A DNA stretch of 64,000 nt from the human T2T-CHM13v2.0 reference genome, Homo sapiens (GCF_009914755.1 NC_060927.1), one strand, 5' to 3'. Counted from the stretch's first letter, positions 41,236 to 56,455 are shown. Translations and numbers: made by a program. The notes: a model not told the origin generated them from the letters alone.

Positions 41236-42159
41236 AATTAATAAAATGGAGCAAAACTCTTCATGTAATGAATAATAAATATTTGGAATTTCATGGCTTT
41301 TTCCAGGATGCAAGAATTACTCCAAACCACATTGTTTTCCATTCTAGAGGTGATTTCTAATTTTAATTTTCTGAGATCTTCACCTGGGGTAGTCTTATGA
41401 AAAAGATTGTGGCTAACAGAGTGAGAATATTGGCAACTGTAGGCGTCAGTTCCCCTATTAGTAGGAAGATGATCCCAGTCAAAGGCTATCCTTGGACCTC
41501 AGCAATTTCCTGTGTCTGTGAAAAGGCAAAGAGGGATGGGGTGGTGTATTTATGGGAAGACGTGGGCAGCTTGTTGAATTTTAGTGGTTTAAAAGCATTT
41601 TCTTTACATTATTTGAACTAATTGAAATAAAAGATTTGAGGCTCCTGAGAGTTGACTCATTCCCGTCATCCTAATATAAATGAATCAAGTTCCATTTGGT
41701 TGATGGTCTGTACCAAATTTCTCAGTATTGGCTGACAGCCTCAGAAAGATCTGTTCATTTTACAACGTTTCAGTGAGTCATTCCACACACATTGCTGGCA
41801 TTGGTTCCCAGAGGGGAGGTGGGAGGAGGAGGAAGGTTTCACCGGGAGAGTGAAGGGCTTGGAAGTTCACTGGGGAACAGGAAGCAGGTCAGCAGCACTT
41901 TTATCCAACACAAATTTGGGGCTCAGCGTTCTGGTTTTCACTCCTGAGCTCCATGTTAATTAGCATAGACATTGTACTCTCGGGAGAATGATACAAATCC
42001 TGTGGTCTCCAGCAGTCAAAGAAAATAGGGTTCTTTTTAATAAATTCAGCTGAATAGTTTTAACAAACTACACATACACATGCATGTGTATACATATATA
42101 TCTACTGAAAAAATAAAGCTACTGTGTATACATAGACATATAATCTACTAAAAAAAGTG

Positions 42160-42520
42160 CTGTGGAATCAGACTGCGCTACGTTTAAATCACAGCTGAAC
42201 TATGTTTTGTCTGGCTTTAGGCCACTTAACCTCTTGGAGACTCAATTTCCTCCTTTTTAAAATGTGCATACATTTTACTTTTTGTGCACTTTTGTGAAAG
42301 CTAAAAATCATGTATTCTAAGTGCCAGTACATAGTAGGCACTCGATAAAGCAAAAACTTGTGGTATTTAGATTCTGAGAGACCTGAAGCTATTTCTGACT
42401 CTGCCATTTACTAGTAGTTTGGATCTGGGCAAGTTACTTAGCGTGTCTCACTCAGTTTCCTAGTCTATAAAATGGGATCATAATGCTCTGTAGGATTGTT
42501 GTGGGATTGTGTGACACATT
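42160..42520 (+). mobile_element. Two tandem MIR fragments
   Basis: ggaatcagactg..cacttaacctct.. and ctctgccatttactagt..gggcaagttactta..tataaaatgggat. Confidence 0.75.
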
Positions 42521-43219
42521 ATTAGTTATTGTAATTATTACCAGCAATTATTAATCTGTTTAATTTTGCTGAACACTTTCATATAATGCATGCCAGGCAT
42601 TTTATAATTCCTAACACATAGTAAATAATGAATAAACATTAGTAGTTATTCATAGGTTATATAATAGAAATTACTATTGAATATTATTGTTCCTAGAGGG
42701 TAGAATTATTGTCTTCAAAATTCTATATCTAGTAACCCAGTAGCCTAGATGCTTTTCTTTTGTTTGAGCTGTAGAAACCTGAGATTGATTGCTGCCTTTC
42801 CTTTCAGGGCTTTCAGCAGTGATTGATTGAACTTCACAAGAGTCTAATTAATTCACCATGTTCCCCTAAACTTCTCATAAGCTTAAGAAGCTGGTCTCCC
42901 TCCTGGTGTTGCAGGAGTGGGAAAATAACATTAGAAAGAATGGCTAAAGTTGGAAGAATATGTGACCTGGTGCCATGTGATGTCAGCCCACGCTTTTCCA
43001 GCATGACGCTCGGATTTTTGATAGTAGAAATTTTCCTGCATTAAGAAAATTCATGACATAGTGCTTTGACTTTTCTAGCTTGCAGCAAATTTTCCTTGGT
43101 TGAATATAATCTTGAAGGTGTGCAATAAAAAGAAAAAACAGTCATGATGTTAGAGGTCAGTCCTGTTGATATCAGAAAGAACTCATGGTAACCACTTTCG
43201 GCCAACTCTGAACTCCATA

Positions 43220-43600
43220 ATAGACTAGTTGAGACTTTAGGAGACCAAGTAAGACGTGATGGTGGCTTGAACTAGGATAATGACATTGGCAGTAAGAAAA
43301 GAATATGGGGTACATAATATATTTAGGAAAAGTGCTGATGACTTGGATGGTTATGGGAAATGAATAGAGGAGAAAATACGTTGGACACGGGGTAGACTTT
43401 GGTGCCATTTTCTCACATGGAGAAGACCAAGGAAATAATGGGATCAAGGATACGGAGAAAATTGAGAGATCTATTTCTTTTGTGTTAAATTTGATATGCA
43501 TAGTGGACATCTAAGTGTAAATTTGAAAGCAGCAGCTGGAGATACAATTTGGGAGCTCAAGGCATAAGTCTTGGAAGAGGATTTCGTGAACACCACTCCA
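43220..43600 (-). mobile_element. L2 fragment
   Basis: gtgatggtggcttgaactagg..ggacatctaagtg..gcagctggagatac. Confidence 0.6.
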
Positions 43601-43641
43601 TCAAGCATGTGTTCTCCAGCATGCTATAATATATTATGGGA

Positions 43642-43960
<319 letters not shown>

Positions 43961-44109
43961 CTATATCTATGGAACACAAAATAAGGTCAGACAAAACTTT
44001 GATAAAGGAGGGAATAACTAGAAATGCAAATCAAGAGATTAAGAAACAACCTGAGAACAAAGAGGAGATAATAGAGGAAAAGGGGACTAAGTGCTGAACA
44101 CCTCTTGAC

Positions 44110-44300
44110 TGAGCTTGTAGAATATGCGTGGCATTGTGCTGCACACTTTTACACACAGTACCTTGTGGAATACTCACCAGAACATGTATTGCTTCCGAGA
44201 AAACTGAGGATCCTAGGGTTTTAAGTAACTTATCTGAGTATCATAGCTAGTTATGTACAGAGCCAAACAAAATCTACCTGACCCTAAAGCCTGTGTTCAG
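44110..44300 (-). mobile_element. MIR relic
   Basis: gagaaaactgagg..taagtaacttatc..atagctagt. Confidence 0.55.
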
Positions 44301-44759
44301 AATGGATAAAATGTTTGTTCCTCCTTGCCAGTGAAATAATATAATTTGTTAACAATGAACAAGGAACAAGACTTAAGAAAGAGTCAAGGTTTTTCTGGCT
44401 TGTAAGATGCCTGTTCATGGAGCTCACCCACTGGAGGTCATATCCTTGTGTCTGCAAAATACACATCTTACTTGGAGGTAGAGGGGGGAAAGAAGAGTAG
44501 AAAGAAGACAGATAGTTCAAGATAGGGTCACTTGTTAAAAATATGAAGCAGGGGTATTTGAGTTTCTTTAATTATCATGTATCATCTCTATGTACTGCAT
44601 TACTTATTTCTTTTGGTTGTAGCTCCTAAAAACACTCCTTGTCCTTTTCTTGAGTGTTGTCTAGCAGGCATATAGATTAAAATGGGTTTTCTACCATTCT
44701 ATGCCATTAATTATGGTTTACATTCAGTTGCTTAATCATTACCTTTTGTTACCATTCTC

Positions 44760-45260
44760 TAGCAATATTTCTCCAGCAATTCATTGGCTTACTTAATTGA
44801 AACATCCAAGAGGTAAGCTTCTTTCAGGCACAGTTAGATCCAGGAATTTAAGTGCTGTCATCTGGGCTTTGGCTCTGTCCCTAACTCTAGGCTACACACA
44901 AATCACTTGGCTTTTCTTTTTTTAAGACACGTCTTATGCATGTGATGGTTACGTGGTGTCTGGTGTTGCACAGCACTCTTCTTCACAGTTTAAGATGATA
45001 GAGGAGGCAAGAGATTATGCTTCTCTGTTCATACAATGATGCTCATAAAAGGGACTCTGATTTTCCCATGTGCCCATCTCTTTGACCATGCCCATCTTTC
45101 TATATGTGCATCTCTCCAACCAATCACACAGGAAGATAATTGGCCAGACCTGGGTCATGTGCTTTCCCCTGCGTGTATAAGATAGGCAAGTCCTTGGGAT
45201 TTACAGTTTCATCAGTACCAAATGGAGCAGGAGAGGGCAGTCCCCCAGTATAAAAACAAC
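44760..45260 (-). mobile_element. Old MLT1 (J/K-like) LTR
   Basis: ttcaggcacagttagatccagg..aaccaatcac..ttggccagacctgggtcatgtgc. Confidence 0.6.
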
Positions 45261-45776
45261 AGAGATACATTTCAATACTTTGATTGGATGGAGGTCATTG
45301 TTGTTATTATTTGCTGTTGCTATCATTGCTGCTATTTTTATTCCACTCAAGGGCAGTATCTGAAGCCACACAATAAACCTGGCAGTAGCAGGAGGTCTCT
45401 GGTTTGATTATTGACATATAAAGAGCCTTCTATCCTTCCTGTTTTGATGAGAGTTGCATGAACCCTGAGTTCCAAGTAGCTCTGTAATCAGTTTCTGAGA
45501 TCCTATCAAAAGAATGACAAATCAATTTGGAAAAGAGACCCACTGAAATGTCTGAACAGATTCAATCTTCTCTATGACTGAATAATTCAACTTTCTTTTT
45601 AAATCCAAGCCTAGTTTTATGGAGAAGCCATTCCTTTTCTTCTTGAGTCTAGGAAGGCAAATCTGGATTATTATATCTGCAGGATTCAGCGCTCATAATA
45701 ATTGCTTTTTGATTGTTTTTTTTTTTCTGTGAGGTTGCTGTAAGACCAACCAACAAACAGGGTGATTAAATTAGGG

Positions 45777-47012
<1,236 letters not shown>

Positions 47013-47911
47013 GACCCAGAATAACTTGATCACTTTCCTAATTCTGACCTGATGCCAGCAAAACAAGATGCCCAATTTGTTGGGTCAGGAGAACCTTGAT
47101 TCTAAGTCTCCATTGAACATTACTAGCTGTGTAACCAGGGACATTGCAAACACTTTCTGTGATTTACTTAAATGTATGATGTTAAGATTCCTAGAACTAG
47201 GCAATTAGTGGTTGGTATCTAGATACTTTGTCCCTTTTTATTGTTAAAACCTTCAAAAATTATTTATGAAAAAGAATGTTTTCCTTGTATACTCTAGAAT
47301 ATTATTTTAGCATATAGGAATTTTTCTCTATCCAAAAACTTTCTGCTCTCCATTTAATTTCTCAGGTTAGAAGGATTAGAAGCAGAGAGAACAAGAGAGA
47401 AAGAGAGGATTATATGTTATGTTTGGGGGAGTTCTTTGGTTTTGTTTTTAAAACAAGCTTAGGGTTCAAGAGGTAATTTGGAATATAAAAGATGTCAGTG
47501 AGAAAGATGGTAAAATGTTTCCTAGGTTTTAAATTAATTTCCTTGCTCTGAAAACAAAATTAAACCTCTGAGATTTTATTTGTTGGCAATCAATTATGTA
47601 ACATGAACAATTATGGGTGATGTCTTTCTTTAGTTACATAAAATATATTATTCGTAGGACCACATTATTTTTCTCCATTTTTGTTTTAATATCTCATTGT
47701 CTGTTTAAAATTTTTTCACATATCCACATAGTAAAACTCATAATAGTAGCTAACTTACATTTAAGCAATGGATGTTTACTGTATGTCAGATTCAATGCAT
47801 GCGATGTAGTAAGTACTCAATAAATAGTTATTAATGTAATACAAAAGAAGTCAAGATGAGTAGAAGAATGGGACCTAACCCTTCCACACTGACATAAATG
47901 AGAACTCAGGA

Positions 47912-48145
47912 AGGCAGTGTAGTAGGTTGGAAAATGGGTATTAGAATCAGATTGCCCTGGATTTAAATCTCAATTTCACCACCTGCTAATAGTGTCACTT
48001 TAGGCCGGTCATCTAACTTTTAAAATAGGAAAACAGAACCCACCCCTCCAAACTGTGTAAGAATCGAAACAAATCACGAATCTCAAGTCCTTAGTCTAGT
48101 GCCTTGCACAAGGTCAGGGCTCAACTGGCATAGGCTGTTGTTATT
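47912..48145 (+). mobile_element. MIR
   Basis: aggcagtgtagtagg..agaatcagattgccctggatttaaatctc. Confidence 0.65.
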
Positions 48146-48169
48146 CATCTGTCAATTTATGTTTAATTA

Positions 48170-48590
48170 TTAACAATTATTGTTCAATAAGGCAGCATAA
48201 CAAGTCACCCCACAACTCAGTGGCTTGCAATAATAAACATTTAGTTTACTTTTCCAGGGCCTAAGGGTAAGGAGAGATGGCTCTGTATCCTGCTGTGCAC
48301 TGGCTGGGCTTGGTTCACTCAAGGTTGTGGGTTTGGTTCAGTTCTGCTCACAGTCTTTGGGTCAGTGCCTACCTGGGAATGTTCCTCTCCTGATGAATGG
48401 CGGGAGACCAAGACAGCAAGCCAACACACGAAAACATCAGGGAGGCCTCTACTTCTGTCACCACCACATTTTATTGGAGAAGTCAGTTACACGGTCAGGT
48501 CCAAAGTCGCTGGGACAGGGAAGTGTTCCACTTAAAGTGGGGTGAGAGGAAGGATGAAAATATTTGCTGAAAATAGTCTCATTTATCATA
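48170..48590 (-). mobile_element. MLT1H-like LTR
   Basis: ataacaagtcaccccacaactcagtggctt..cacatttattgg..tgaaaatatttgctgaaaatagtctc. Confidence 0.6.
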
Positions 48591-50034
48591 ATTTGAAAAT
48601 GTGCCATCCAAGTGTAACAATATTTTGTATCCACTCAACTATCTCAACTACATTTCTTTTTGCTTTACAGTGTCACCACCCCTCCCCTCAATACCACAGA
48701 TATATGTATTTCTATATATTTTCCCCATGTGTTAATGGCTTTTGGTTGCCTTGAATTAACTCATAATGCAATGGTAATAATGTGTTTCCTCTTCCCAGGG
48801 GTAGTTGTATTTTAAATAAAGATCTAATGCAAGGAGAATGGGTAACTTCAAGGACTGAATGAGTAATGCTGCTATGTTTTGGTGCTATAATACCTGAGTG
48901 TAGAGGCAGAGAGATCTTTTGATCATCATCCTAATTAATAAAACCCAAGGCCATGTGGAAGGGCTCAGTAGTAGATCAAGTACATCTCCACCGATAGAAA
49001 GATACTCCTCTATAGTGTTGCCAAAGAGGTAAAATGCTTACTAGTAAATTTCCCTCTCGCTAAATCTCCAGGGCCTCTTGGGCTGAGAAGAGTCCTTGAG
49101 AGGAATATTTATTTGACATCTTTTGCTTCCTTATTTAATTGGAGTCACATATCTTCCCTGAGTCCATTTATAAACTGTACCACATTTCTACTGAATGCAC
49201 GTTCATATATAGGCAGGCTCTGAGTTTGAGTTAGCATTTGTAACTTCCCATTATGAACTTGGGGGAGTATTTCCCATGAAAATGAATGGGAAATCCTGCC
49301 ACCAAATAGCTGTTATCAGTTAGTGTTTTTATGATACTATTGTGTTAATTTATTAGTAGTAATATAGACTTTACCATGAATGTGTTTTCCATACTTTAAA
49401 TCCAACCATCTGATGAGAACAGGAAATCATGAGACTATTATTTATTTTTTATGCACTACCTCCATTTCTGCAGCTTCAATGTGTTTCCTGGGAAACTCTA
49501 CATTGTCATTGTGGAATGATCGCTTCAGTGAATTGAACTAATTGGTCTTGTATTGACCCTGAAGTTTTAAGTCAGTCAGAGGATTACATAGTTTCATGTA
49601 CAGCATTCTGTAGCTCAGTTATGTTTGAATTACTTTGCTGTAAACTTTAATATGCTTGTTTTATCTTTGTCACAAAGCAAGGTTCTATTTCAGGAACATT
49701 CCTTCTAAAAGTTTACTATCTGACTCCCCAGTTTTTTGTCAAGTCTGTGTTAGATCCTTGGTGCATATGGATTTAGCATTTCAGTTGTTTATTTGTAAGT
49801 GACTGGGAAGGCTGATGCCATAAAGAAATTTTTAATTTTGCTAAGACACAAATATGCATTGTGTTGGGGAAGGATCCACCTAGTTAGTAAGGGAGCCTCG
49901 CTGAATACTCAGTACAGTGTATATATTTCAAGGTACTTTGCTGTTCTCTATACACCTTTGAGAAAAAAATAATTTCCTAATGTAATTATTTTCAAGAGTT
50001 TTTTGAAAAAAAGTAATATGTAATATGTATTAAG

Positions 50035-50235
50035 CATTTATGAAATACCAGTTTATTAAGTGTTTTAAATGAATTAGCACACAAAAATATTGTCATTACC
50101 CCATTTTACAGATGAGGGAAGTCATATAAAGAAGGCTTATGAAAGTGAGGTCTTCTCAAGTTCATGCAGTACTGAGTGTCGGAGCCAGGATTTGAATCTG
50201 GGAAGTCTGACTCCAAAGCCCAGCTCATTATCTAC
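50035..50235 (-). mobile_element. MIR
   Basis: ccccattttacagatgaggg..ggagccaggatttgaatctgggaagtctgactccaaagccc. Confidence 0.85.
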
Positions 50236-51129
50236 TCCCCGCCCATATACCCTCCAGCACTGGTGGGGGACTTGAAAAGGTTTGCAAAATTGGGAGTTCT
50301 TATGTGGACATTACATGTACTGGAGACATCAAAGAAGGGAATGTTATATTCAGCAGTGAGTCAGATCTCTACACTATTATGAAAACAAGAAAAAGTAATC
50401 TGTGAAATTGCTTCAGTGAGTGTTCCAGCCAGGATTTATTTTAATGGCTTTATCAATTATTTTAGTCCCATATTTACAGAATCATTAAAGACTGAGGGGG
50501 TTATTTACATTTTACCAGTGATGGTTTTTTTGCTTTTTGTGGGGAAGATATAATTTGAAGAGATATATTTGATAGTTTGATGGTTTACAAAGGCCTTGGA
50601 ATATATCCAACTGGACGCCAAGGACTGTTGTATTACCATTATTATTTTTAGTTTTAAACTGTTGGGCTTACCTGCACAGAGGTGACTATAGATGTAAAAT
50701 ACCTAACATGGAGAATATAACATCAGATTCTTAGCATGTAACAATTGGTGTTGTATTAGAACTCAGAGAGTCGCAATTTGATCTTCAAACCCAAGTCTTT
50801 AGCCACCATATGCAACAGTAGAGGCAGAGCAGGTTGGCAGGGCTGCTCCTGTGTTTAGAGTTTGGAGGGATAAACAGGAAGGGAAAGCAGAGCTTCAGGT
50901 TTCGGGGGGCAGAAGACAGTTAGTGGTGACAGGGGGATGAGGAATCATATTTCCCAAAATGATGCCCTTCTGCAAACATTTTAATGTTGGCATGATGGCT
51001 ATTATGGCATTAAAGAAAATATTTTAGACAAGACAGAAAATCAGCAAGACCATGAGATAGTGACATGAAGTGGTCGAAGGCTGGTGGTACCCTTTTAAAA
51101 AACCTGTTACTCAGTAATCATTAATCATT

Positions 51130-51597
51130 TTGCAATACCTCTAGCCTGGTCCCGAGGCTCTGCTCTATGGTTCCCCTTCTTCTGGCTCCTGTACCTAATT
51201 TTCTTCTGGAGAATTCCTCCCCCATTGCATACCGTCTTGGTAACTCACATTCCAGATACCCTGCTGTCCCTTTGCCAAAGAGGTGGCTTGTGACCGAAGC
51301 TGGACAGGTGATTATTTCCTGGTATTCCTCATCTTTAATGAAGTGGCATGAGGGAGGGCAGCAAAAGCAGTGGAACTGGTTCATCCCAGCAGTGGTGGCT
51401 GATGAGTTTGTCAATCTGTTCCTGTTTTCAGCATTCCCAGAGTATCACTGGCCTCTGGTAGACTTCCGTACAGTTCTTCAGTTTTTCCCTTAATTCTGAG
51501 TTTCCCCCAGTCCTGCCAATGAATTACTTTGTGCTTAAATTAGCCCGACTCATCAATATTTCTGTTGTTTGAAAACCAAGAATCCTAATGGAAACAG
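51130..51597 (+). mobile_element. Ancient ERVL/MaLR-type LTR (LTR33/LTR41/MLT1-like)
   Basis: Typical 3' end tgcttaaattagcc..tttctgttgtttgaaaaccaagaatcctaatggaaaca. Confidence 0.45.
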
Positions 51598-51882
51598 TTG
51601 GTTTTGTTACAATGAGATGTCAAAGAATGGATTTAGTGATATATTTTTGAAAATATCTAATAAATGATTTCAGAAGAGTAGCACCTATCTGAAATTCAGG
51701 AAAAAAAAAAAAAACCACAGCAGGTTGTTATTACAAACTTTGCAACTATGTGTTTTTTTTTCCAGCCCAACTGAGGTCTGTATTGTTGAACTGAAAACAA
51801 ATTTCTAAACTGATCTCTCCCTGGAAGTTACAGCAGGAAGCGAAAACAGAAATTCTGAGTGTTTGTCTGAAACAGCTCTCCT

Positions 51883-51926
51883 ACACACACACACACACAC
51901 ACGCACACATGCGCACACACACACAC
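51883..51926 (+). repeat. Imperfect (CA)n microsatellite
   Basis: acacacac..acgcacacatgcgcacacacac. Confidence 0.95.
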
Positions 51927-52759
51927 TTATCCTCCAACCTCCTTCTCTGAATACTAATTTTGTCTTCTTCCTTATGTATTCATTCAACAAGTATTTTTAT
52001 TTTCTTTTTCTCTTCATATCAGGGGACAAAGCATTGAAGTTACTATTTATTCTCTGAGTTCTTCTGAAAACCCATTAATCATTTTGGAAGGTAATCAATA
52101 GAATGCAAAATGGGATGATCTCCATGGCTATCAGATTTCCATAAATAGACACATTCTGCAATTATCATCAGAATGATTTGTTACCATTTGAAAGTAGATA
52201 AAGAAGGGAGATGCAGTTCTGCCTCAACATCTAAATCCCAAGAAGCAGTTTTCTATCTATTCTTTAAGTACATCTTTGGGTCTGGCTGTTCTTTGCTGGG
52301 ATTTTTCCACTTTTTTCTTCTTGCTATACTGCCAAACAGCTAATCATGTTTGAATGCATTCTGCATAATAAACCCACTCTTTGCACTTTCTATGACTATT
52401 AAAATGTACAACAACATTTTAATATTAGTTTGTTTCTTCCCCACTTCCTTTTTGGAATAACTGCTTAGCATGATTTGGGCTGAGTACTTTTTCCAGAGTT
52501 AATGGTAATAATAATAATTGCAATGGTAATAAGGTCTTCAGCTTCTGCTTGATAGCTGATGGCATGTGTGCTTGTTTGTGTGTTAGAGATATTGAGGAAT
52601 CTATTCTAATTTAAGCCTTGGCTTGATTCTTTAGATACTTGACTGGAAGGAATTCTTTGGTTATGTAATCTGAGGGCAATTGTCAGCACTTAATCTTTCT
52701 AAGAACTATGTTAAACACAGCACATAACCACATGATTTTTACAATTAGATATTGAAGGA

Positions 52760-53200
52760 TGTTCACTTTGGTCTTCCAAAGATGACCCTGAGACAAGGAT
52801 TAAGGTGCTGGTCAGTTACACAGGAAGTGATGACAAGAAACACTAGGAGAAGAGTGGAATGTGAGATGAGGTAGGGAAGAAAGCCAGTGAAGGGAACCTC
52901 ACAAGCCAGTTTCCACTGTGGGCAGCTGAAGCTTAACACCTTTGGGTAACTCAGAGACCATGGAGAACATTTCTCCCATCTCTCAATGGAAAGGAAAATC
53001 GTAGGCATTGGTTGAAGGCTATCCTAGGAGCATTCACGGTCCAGCCTTTCACCTGGACCTGTATGGGCCAAATGTGCTCGCATGGCCAGGAAAAAACCCT
53101 CAGGCAGAGAGGCACATGTGTTCACAGTAACACTCCCCATTGTGAAGAGATTGATACTACAGGGATGTGGGCAGGGCACCAGGAGCATCTGCTGTAATAT
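52760..53200 (-). mobile_element. LTR16-family LTR
   Basis: gaccctgagacaaggatt..aggaagtgat..aaaaaaccctcaggcagaga..agcatctgct. Confidence 0.6.
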
Positions 53201-53409
53201 GTCACATGCCCATAAGGAATCATTCATCCACCTTGCAAATCCCAACTTGGAGGAAGTGGGTGCTTTATGAAGAGGCAGGATTCCATGTTGCTTATGCAGT
53301 ATGTTTTGAAGGGTAAGGTATTGCTCCAAGATTTGCCTTTTTTAGGAGAGACTCAATGGTTCCAGAAATGTAGCCTCTAGAGAATAATCATTTTGGGTTA
53401 AGCCAGAGG

Positions 53410-53587
53410 AACTCACAGTAAGATCCTCTGACCATCTTCATCAAAATCACCTCGGAATGCTTCATAAAATTCAGGTTCCTGGATTTTTCTTCAGACCTGT
53501 TGAAATAGAACTCTGGATTTGGAGTGAGGTGACAGAAATCAGCTCCAAGCAATTTTAATGAACTCCTTAAGTGTGAAAATACTGGCA
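53410..53587. mobile_element. MER5-like hAT fossil
   Basis: catcaaaatcacct..cagacctgttgaaatagaactct..ttaagtgtgaaaatactgg. Confidence 0.55.
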
Positions 53588-53696
53588 TGTTTTCCCCCTC
53601 CCTGATGACCTTAACATTTTTTAAATGAAAATATAGCTTGTTTTTTTCTATTACAATATTAATACATTTGTAAAATATGCCTTTTTAAGGCATTGC

Positions 53697-53995
53697 TTTA
53701 TTTTTTATTTATATTTTTATTGATGTATAATAGTTGTACATATTTTGGGGGTGATATTTTGATACCTGTATACAACATGTGATAATCAAATCAGAGTAAT
53801 TGGGATATCCAGCACTTCAAATATTTGTCTTTTCTTTGCATTGGGAACATTACAATTCTTTTATTCTAGCAATTTTGAAATATACAATAAACTGGTTTTA
53901 CTATATTTATCTACTGTACTATCAAATACTAGAACTTACTTCTTCTAGCTAACTGCATGTTGGTACCCCTTAAATGCCTGTCTTATTTCACCTCT
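53697..53995 (-). mobile_element. L1MA 3'-end fragment
   Basis: tttttattgatgtataatagttgtacatattttggggg..gataatcaaatcagagtaattgggatatcc..tagaacttacttcttctagctaact. Confidence 0.8.
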
Positions 53996-55309
53996 GTATC
54001 TTCTGTGGTTTCCTAGCACGAGCCTGCCAAATAGTGCATGCTTAATAGATATGAGTCAAATGAGTGAATTCTCATTATAGAAACTAGAATGCAAGGATTC
54101 TTGGTGATTGAGTGACTCACACTTTAGTGTGAATAAATTTGTCAACTCTTTTCCTCTAAGGAAAGAGGAACAGATGCAATAATAGAACACTGGGAGCCAG
54201 AGGGAAGGAACAGATAAAAATGGAATGAGAATCAGTCTTGCCAGCTACAAGCTTATCCATCTGCAAAATGAGGATGTAGTCAGCACCTGATGTTTTTCCT
54301 GCCTAGTGTCCACTACTTTGCCATTGGATACTTCACTCTGGTGTTCTTTTGGGAAGCTTCTCCTCTATGCAGTCTGCATTGCTTGTGAAGGCCTGACTCA
54401 GGCCTGGCCAACCACTTTATTTTATCTCCCTCCTCACCATGAGATTGGTGTGAATGAAATGGGCTGTAAGCCAACTGAGAACAATTAGAGTTTAATCCAG
54501 ATAAGACATAAAAGAGACACTTCCTCAAATTTATAGGGAAAGGAAGATGAATGTATGTTGATTTTGCTTAAGTGGTAGAATATAAGCCTGTAGCTGGTTG
54601 TGACCATCTCTATCAGATGAGGAGTGCCTGTTTAAGAATAAAACCAAAAGAAAAAGAAGAATAAGAGATGGAGAAAAATTTATAATGATATCATTGGAGC
54701 TTCTGGATCTATCCATGACTTGCCACTTACATGAACCAACTTTGGTTGTTTATTTTGTCACCTGAAGCCAACAGTCCTGACTGATAAAATGAGTTTGAAA
54801 CTAACTGATCTCCAAGGAAGATTATCACTGAATGGCTATGGTTGTCTGAAAAAGTTGGACCAGAATCCTTGCTCTACCACTTTTTATCTGAATGAAACTT
54901 GACCTGCTACCTAGGGTCTCTAATCCTCAATTTTCTCATTATTATAAAGAACTTTGAATATAATTGAATCCATTGGCTTGTGAGAATTCTATACATGTCA
55001 AGAGTAGCCTTATAGGTACTCATATGTGGTAGTTATTCAGTAAGGCTCTTTTAGATGTCAGGACTTCCTTGGTTTTATCTAAGAAAGACCTCTTAGAAAT
55101 TCCAAAAATCTCTATTAAATACTATGGGTCATGTCTTGAAGGCATGCTACCTTCAAGTGTATTTTTTTTCCGAGGGGTGTTCAAGACATTAGGTAAGTTC
55201 TTTTTCTCCTCATTTCTAGAAATTCGAGGCTGGCAGGAAAGTCTATTGCAAGGCATTTGATGTTCAATATGATGAAATATGATGAAATGGGGAAAGTGTA
55301 GAGTTGAAG

Positions 55310-55880
55310 GTTGTAGCAAATTATATATTTCAAAGATTTCCGTAAAAATACCTCCGATCACACGTGCTCTTCAACACTGTGATCTTACTTCCCCCATCAA
55401 GAGATAGCATCTAATTCTCTTTTCTTGAATCTAGCCATTTCTTAGTGATTTACTTGTACCATAGAATACAAAACAAAAGTGACACCATATGATTGCCGAG
55501 TCTGAGAATGCTTGTTCTTCAGCTCATCCACCTTGGGATATCACCTTTCAGAACCCAGCTGCCACGTTCTGAGGAGACCAAGCCAAGTGGAAAGCCTGCA
55601 TGTATGTGCTCTGGTCCACACTCCTAGCTCAGTTCAGCTTTTGATTCATCCTTGTTCATGTGCCAGGCATGATTGGAGATGCTGCTAAACCACTCCAGCT
55701 CCTAGATGTTAGAGTTGTCCCTTAATCCCAAGTATTTGTAACTGGGGTCCTAGATGTTGTAGGCAGAGAACAGCTGTGCCTACTTTGCCTTTTCAGAATT
55801 CCTGACACACAGAATCTACTGTCATTTTACACCACTAAATTTTGGAATGGTTGATAATTGTCAACAGAAAACTGCAACAC
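55310..55880 (+). mobile_element. MLT1G-like LTR
   Basis: cccatcaagagatagc..agaacccagctgccac..aattcctgacacacagaatc..actaaattttggaatgg. Confidence 0.65.
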
Positions 55881-56204
55881 AAGAGACAACATGGCCATCA
55901 AAAAGCATCCTTAGGAATGGAAGTCATGATGTTCATGGGACCCAAGTGCTATCAAACAGGACTTTTTTTTTATAAAGGCAAGAGTTAAACAAACAAATAG
56001 AAAACAAACTAACAAAAACCATCAGAACAATCAGAATAGAACTGGAAATCTGGTTGCCAGACCTGGAAGTATGTTTAATGGCCACTGGTCAGAACTCTCT
56101 CTCTAACAGGAGAGAAAAACACCCAAAGAGTTGGTGCTGTGAGGGAAATAGATACTGTTTTGGAGCCAGGACATCTAAATCTATATTGATATGTATAAAA
56201 TAAC

Positions 56205-56455
56205 AAGCAAGGTAGTAGAGCATAGTGGTTAAGAGCTGGAGCTTGAAGATCAGCCAGACCTGGGCTCAGGTCTTTAACCGCATTAACTGAATGATCTTTA
56301 AAAACTCTCTTCACTATCCTAAACCACAGTTTCCCCATCTGCAAAATTTAGACACCAATATTCACTTTATAGATTTAATTTCAGGATTAGATGAGACAAA
56401 TTAGCACTTAATATATTGCCTGATGCACAGTAAGCATTCTATATTTTAATTATTA
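56205..56455 (+). mobile_element. MIR, near full-length
   Basis: agcatagtggttaagagct..agccagacctgggctc..cagtttccccatctgcaaaat. Confidence 0.85.

Noticed and set aside
49269-49294. RBPJ paired site (SPS)
   Set aside because: Half-sites are in the wrong order and spacing and lack the GTG core.
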